Origin: a virus
DNA: 44,389 nucleotides
IMG/VR virus record: IMGVR_UViG_3300045988_078919
Strand: one strand, 5' to 3'
A program made the translations under genes and the position numbers. The notes beneath the pieces are model-generated. The model was given only the letters and a program-made list of their open reading frames with translations. It did no database searches and was not told where the DNA came from. The number at the start of each line of letters is the position of its first letter. Position 1 is the first letter of the stretch. Shown here piece after piece: positions 41,307 to 44,389 of this stretch.

Positions 41307-42722
41307 TTATGCTTGTTTTTCCATGTTTTCTTTCATTTTTAAAGAAATCCTGTATTGATCGGCATCAGGAACTTCGACAAATTCTACGGTTTTATCAAAA
41401 TTATTTTTGACAACATCTTTAATTTCATCCAGAGAAACTTTAAAAAATTCTCTTCGTTGGTTTACAAGATTTAATTTTCGATTTTCAAAAGCTTTATGTA
41501 ATTTTGCTTCCAGAGCTGGAGCATCTTCTGAAAAGATCATAGCATGTACATCAAATTTAAAAGGAACGGAAGCATCACCAAGTTCATCAACTCGTTCTTG
41601 TGGATTTAATCTTCGTGTCATTCCGATTTTATATATTCCTTCGCCAAATGATCCAATGTTAGAAATTACATAAACATATCCAGCTTTTTGGTTAGCTTCT
41701 CTATAGTCGATATTTTTGATTTTGGTATCAATGTCAGATAAAGACTGTATAATTTCCTCTTTCTTTTTATTTAAATCTTCAATATCTTCATCAGAAGAAG
41801 AGGATAATTGCTTATTAATATTAGAAAGAGCTTGTTCATAATGTTTGCGTTCTTTATCAATATTTTTGCGTTGTTCTTTAAGTTCTTTTTGTAATCGTGC
41901 TTCTTCACGTTGTTGAGCTCTTAATTCAGCTTTTTCTTCCTTCTCACGCTGCTTTTGAATCTGATATTCCAATGCTAATTGAAGCTCTTGGATTTTTAGA
42001 TCATAATAGTCAGAAGTTATGGAAATAGCCATGGTCACTCCTAATTTCGCAATTGCATTAAAGCTTCGTTCCATTTTTTTTACAGAAGAATCATAATTAT
42101 TGTATTTTACTTTATTGATAATTTCATCACATTCACTGTTAAATGCACGGAGCAATAGTTTTTGCATATCTTTTATCATTTTGCGGCCTCTGACTGCACT
42201 GCCATTTACTTGCCAGTCAGCATTACCAGATACGGCAGAACCATCTTTGATCATGGATTTTTGCATATTGCGTATATTTGTAAGTTCGGCCTTATAAGAA
42301 TCTGCATTAATAAAAGAATATCTTGGTTCGTATAATCCAAAGTCCTGAACTAATATTTCATCGGAAAATGTGATGATAGATTTTTTTAGTCCATTTATAT
42401 TTGAATTTAATTCATTGATTTCATCATTGTATGCAACAATGAGTGATTTTTGTTTAGTAATTTCAGACATATATTTGTCGTATTGTTCTTTTAATTTTTG
42501 CTCTTGCATTACTTTTTGGTGTGCAAATTCAACTTGTGATTCAGCAATCTGTTTTTTTAATGATTCTAAATCCTGCATTTCTGGAGTGAGTAATGATTCC
42601 AATGCTACTTTCTCATTTTCAAGAATAGAAATTTTTGCTTCCATTTCAGAATTGGTATTTTCTAATTCTTGAATTTTATCATTTAATTCGTTATTTCCAA
42701 ATATTGAATTTAAAAAACTCAT
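41307..42722 (-). CDS. coiled-coil / DUF4041 / T5orf172 (MUG113, GIY-YIG-like) protein (cassette gene A)
   Basis: aa 1-110 form a heptad-rich coil. aa ~122-258 read QDFGLYEPRYSF...LLLRAFNSECDEIINKVKYNNY...LKIQELQLALEYQ, which is DUF4041-like. aa 260-340 form a second coil. aa 348-432 read GYVYVISNIGSFGEGIYKIGMTRRLNPQERVDELGDASVPFKFDVH...REFF, which is T5orf172-like. Confidence 0.75.
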   Translation of the reverse strand: MSFLNSIFGNNELNDKIQELENTNSEMEAKISILENEKVALESLLTPEMQDLESLKKQIAESQVEFAHQKVMQEQKLKEQYDKYMSEITKQKSLIVAYNDEINELNSNINGLKKSIITFSDEILVQDFGLYEPRYSFINADSYKAELTNIRNMQKSMIKDGSAVSGNADWQVNGSAVRGRKMIKDMQKLLLRAFNSECDEIINKVKYNNYDSSVKKMERSFNAIAKLGVTMAISITSDYYDLKIQELQLALEYQIQKQREKEEKAELRAQQREEARLQKELKEQRKNIDKERKHYEQALSNINKQLSSSSDEDIEDLNKKKEEIIQSLSDIDTKIKNIDYREANQKAGYVYVISNIGSFGEGIYKIGMTRRLNPQERVDELGDASVPFKFDVHAMIFSEDAPALEAKLHKAFENRKLNLVNQRREFFKVSLDEIKDVVKNNFDKTVEFVEVPDADQYRISLKMKENMEKQA

Positions 42723-42732
42723 TATATTCCCT

Positions 42733-43161
42733 TCATTTTTGATTTAATCTTAGCTTAATTAGTTTCTCAGTGTACCCAAGAGCGAGTGCAATTTGTCCAG
42801 TTGTATATTCTTGATATTCTAAGAATGTTTCGTCTGGCACAAGAAGCTCCATAGCAAATAGATCAGCTTCCTTTTCATACTTTGTTGTATTGAAACCAGT
42901 ATATGTATCCATAAATAAAGCATTAGCTTTTTTGTGAAGTAGCATATGACCTAACTCATGGGCACAGACAAGAATCTGTTCATGTTCTGGAAGAGAATCA
43001 TCAATATAGATAATATTATTTCTTTGAAAATATTGATAAAACCCTCTGACACCTTCAAGTGGCACTGGCACAAGAATAACATTTAGTCCTTTGATAATCT
43101 CAAAAGGATTTCTTGTTTTGTGTTTCTTGACAAGCGAATTTACAATCTTTTTTATGTCCAT
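42733..43161 (-). CDS. immA: ImmA/IrrE-family zinc metallopeptidase
   Basis: HEXXH motif in CAHELGHMLLH. 142 aa, directly downstream of the XRE repressor. Confidence 0.85.
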   Translation of the reverse strand: MDIKKIVNSLVKKHKTRNPFEIIKGLNVILVPVPLEGVRGFYQYFQRNNIIYIDDSLPEHEQILVCAHELGHMLLHKKANALFMDTYTGFNTTKYEKEADLFAMELLVPDETFLEYQEYTTGQIALALGYTEKLIKLRLNQK

Positions 43162-43166
43162 TCACA

Positions 43167-43625
43167 TCAGTCCTTTTTGTATTTTTTAGGTGTATATTTT
43201 TCCTTGTTCTTTTTCTTTGCCATTTCCATACCAATCTCCATTGCACTTAAAATAGATTCGATCGCTTCTGGAGAAGCAGGATCGCCGTCAAACATCAATC
43301 CCTCCTGGGATGTTAGTTTATCTTTTGTTTGCTGTAGGATTTCTTCTATTTGCTTCGTGTCTCTTTTGTTTAGTTCTGATTGATTTTTGTTAAATGGAAT
43401 ATAAGTAGTCTTAAGTGTTCTTCCTAATAAATAATCAATATCAACATTAAAGAAGTCTGCAATTAGCTCTAATGTTTCAAAGTCTGGTTCGCGAGCTCCG
43501 CTTTCATACATTCCGATAGTACTTCTGGAAATTTTTAATTTTTTGGCGAGGGCATCTTGAGTTAAACTATGAGAAGTTCGTAATGATTTTAATATATTTT
43601 GAAAATTTCCCACTTTATAAATCAC
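43167..43625 (-). CDS. CI-like XRE-family repressor
   Basis: HTH_3 motif LRTSHSLTQDALAKKLKISRSTIGMYESGAREPDFETLELIADFFNVDIDYLLG. It is divergent from the early operon. The GTG at 43613 is an alternative start. Confidence 0.85.
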   Translation of the reverse strand: MIYKVGNFQNILKSLRTSHSLTQDALAKKLKISRSTIGMYESGAREPDFETLELIADFFNVDIDYLLGRTLKTTYIPFNKNQSELNKRDTKQIEEILQQTKDKLTSQEGLMFDGDPASPEAIESILSAMEIGMEMAKKKNKEKYTPKKYKKD

Positions 43626-43660
43626 CTTCCTTATATATTGTATTTGTTAATATAAGAATA

Positions 43661-43732
43661 TCACGTAACGTGAAAAAAGTAAATAGGAGTGTCACAAAAA
43701 GTGTTGACACAATACGTGACATATGATAATAT
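43661..43732. promoter_or_regulatory. immunity switch: operator-like palindromes and rightward early promoter
   Basis: Palindrome tcacg-taa-cgtga (43661-43673). GTGTCA-N10-TGACAC (43689-43710). TTGACA (43704-43709), 17 nt, then TGaTAATAT (43724-43732). The half-site GTCAC/GTGAC recurs at 44310-44324 (equivalent to 20-34). Confidence 0.55.
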
Positions 43733-43774
43733 ATAGTTGTAGCGAAGATAAGGCAATAGAGAAAGGAGGAAAAG

Positions 43775-43897
43775 ATGGATGACTTGGTAGAAAAAATAAA
43801 AAAAGCTGAGAAAGTGATTACGGCACTAACTCAGCTAACACTAAGCATCGGAACTCTCTTAGCCGTTATAAAAATGGTCTTAGAAAGTCTGATGTAA
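43775..43897 (+). CDS. small hydrophobic protein (40 aa), first gene of the early rightward operon
   Basis: AAAGGAGG RBS. Translation is MDDLVEKIKKAEKVITALTQLTLSIGTLLAVIKMVLESLM. Confidence 0.4.
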   Translation: MDDLVEKIKKAEKVITALTQLTLSIGTLLAVIKMVLESLM

Positions 43898-44104
43898 GGA
43901 AAAAAGGGGAAGGAATTTTCTCCCCCGATTCCTTCTCGATTCTACCATAGATTCATTATAAATACAATCATGTTGAAAGAGATTTTAAAATTGACAGGTA
44001 CAGTTTTATTGTTTATCTGTACTGTCGCAGGGATGTTTCTATTATTTTTCAACTAAGAAATAGCTGGCCTATCGGCTCGACGGGGAAAGAAAGGAAGTGA
44101 GAAG

Positions 44105-44320
44105 ATGTTAGATGCCAAAGAAATTGGGTGTCGACTAAGAGAGTTAAGAGGAAATATTCCGAGGGAAACAGTAGCTGATGCGGTTGGTATTAGTGTGTCT
44201 GCCATATCTATGTATGAAAATGGAGAACGTATCCCTCGTGACGTTGTTAAAGTAAAATTAGCTTCATATTACGGCAGAAGTGTGCAGGAAATTTTTTTTG
44301 ATGAAAAATGTCACGTTTAG
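44105..44320 (+). CDS. Cro-like XRE-family HTH regulator
   Basis: GCRLRELRGNIPRETVADAVGISVSAISMYENGERIPRDVVKVKLASYYG. The last 30 nt lie in the terminal overlap, so the gene wraps the contig junction. Confidence 0.75.
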   Translation: MLDAKEIGCRLRELRGNIPRETVADAVGISVSAISMYENGERIPRDVVKVKLASYYGRSVQEIFFDEKCHV

Positions 44321-44389
44321 TGACTTTATAAACCAGATAGCTCTGTTCTATGTCCAAGGTAATACTGCTGAACGACAGGATAAAAAAGA
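44291..44389. repeat. Terminal overlap, right copy (identical to 1-99)
   Basis: Same 99-mer as 1-99. This is the typical signature of a circular molecule assembled with a fixed k-mer overlap. Confidence 0.95.

Larger units (their letters stand above)
1..44389. mobile_element. Complete temperate myovirus-type phage genome (PBSX/Xkd-like tail), circularly closed contig
   Basis: All modules are present in syntenic order: early/replication 230-8333, packaging 9342-11631, head 11639-19589, neck/tail/baseplate/fibres 19602-35081, lysis 35096-36476, integrase and immunity 38017-44320. The 99-nt identical ends give a unique length of 44290 bp. Confidence 0.9.

Noticed and set aside
39860-42672. Plus-strand ORFs within the minus-strand cassette (39860-40243, 41407-41673, 42100-42297, 42370-42672)
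   Set aside because: They are shadow ORFs of AT-rich minus-strand genes. Stop codons are rare on the antisense strand of K/N/I/E-rich coding sequence, and none has a ribosome-binding site.
43970-44056. 28-aa hydrophobic ORF (MLKEILKLTGTVLLFICTVAGMFLLFFN) upstream of the cro-like gene
   Set aside because: It has no Shine-Dalgarno sequence and is too short to separate from chance in AT-rich sequence. I note it only as a possible type-I-toxin-like peptide.
1-44389. CRISPR arrays, rRNA genes, reverse transcriptase, DGR or retron components
   Set aside because: I saw no regularly spaced direct repeats, no rRNA-like sequence and no RT motifs (YxDD) in any long ORF. The long-stem elements resemble retron a1/a2 repeats only superficially, since no RT gene is present.

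Overview
The window is a complete, circularly closed genome of a temperate contractile-tailed phage. The first and last 99 nt are identical, leaving about 44,290 bp of unique sequence. The host is probably a low-GC Firmicute, judging from the PBSX/Xkd-type tail and baseplate and the Clostridia-like gene content. All family calls come from reading the translations by eye; no searches were run.

Gene order on the + strand:
- A cro-like HTH gene that wraps the contig ends, followed by small early genes.
- A Sak/Rad52-like annealase, an HNH protein, a DnaD-like initiator and an antirepressor.
- An unusual structured intergenic zone with two paralogous small HTH genes.
- Several Cys-rich small proteins and a sigma-region-4-like late regulator.
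- hicAB, tRNA-Ile(UAU), terS/terL, portal, and a MuF protein with a C-terminal HExxH extension.
- Accessory head genes, including a tandem DUF2829 (Tad2-like) protein, then scaffold, decoration and major capsid genes.
- Neck genes, sheath, tube, a chaperone with an A_AAA_AAC -1 frameshift site, and the tape measure.
- XkdP-to-XkdU-like baseplate genes, fibre and Ig-like proteins, XhlA, holin, a GH24 endolysin and small morons.

The lysogeny end then contains a 3' fragment of an exodeoxyribonuclease III gene whose stop codon overlaps that of a convergent large serine integrase. Beyond it lies a minus-strand operon, cI-like repressor then ImmA.

That operon continues directly into an AT-rich three-gene cassette: a coiled-coil/DUF4041/T5orf172 GIY-YIG-like protein, a 297-aa unknown protein and a 4-TM protein. 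This cassette is my best candidate for an undescribed prophage-encoded anti-phage system.

Other points worth a second look:
- The xth fragment as an attP/target-gene marker.
- A promoter-plus-terminator-defined sRNA of about 80 nt.
- Long-range inverted repeats in early spacers.
- Two poly-G tracts.
- An in-frame TAA in a tail-associated gene.
- A reverse-oriented, self-promoted Cys-rich moron in the head operon.
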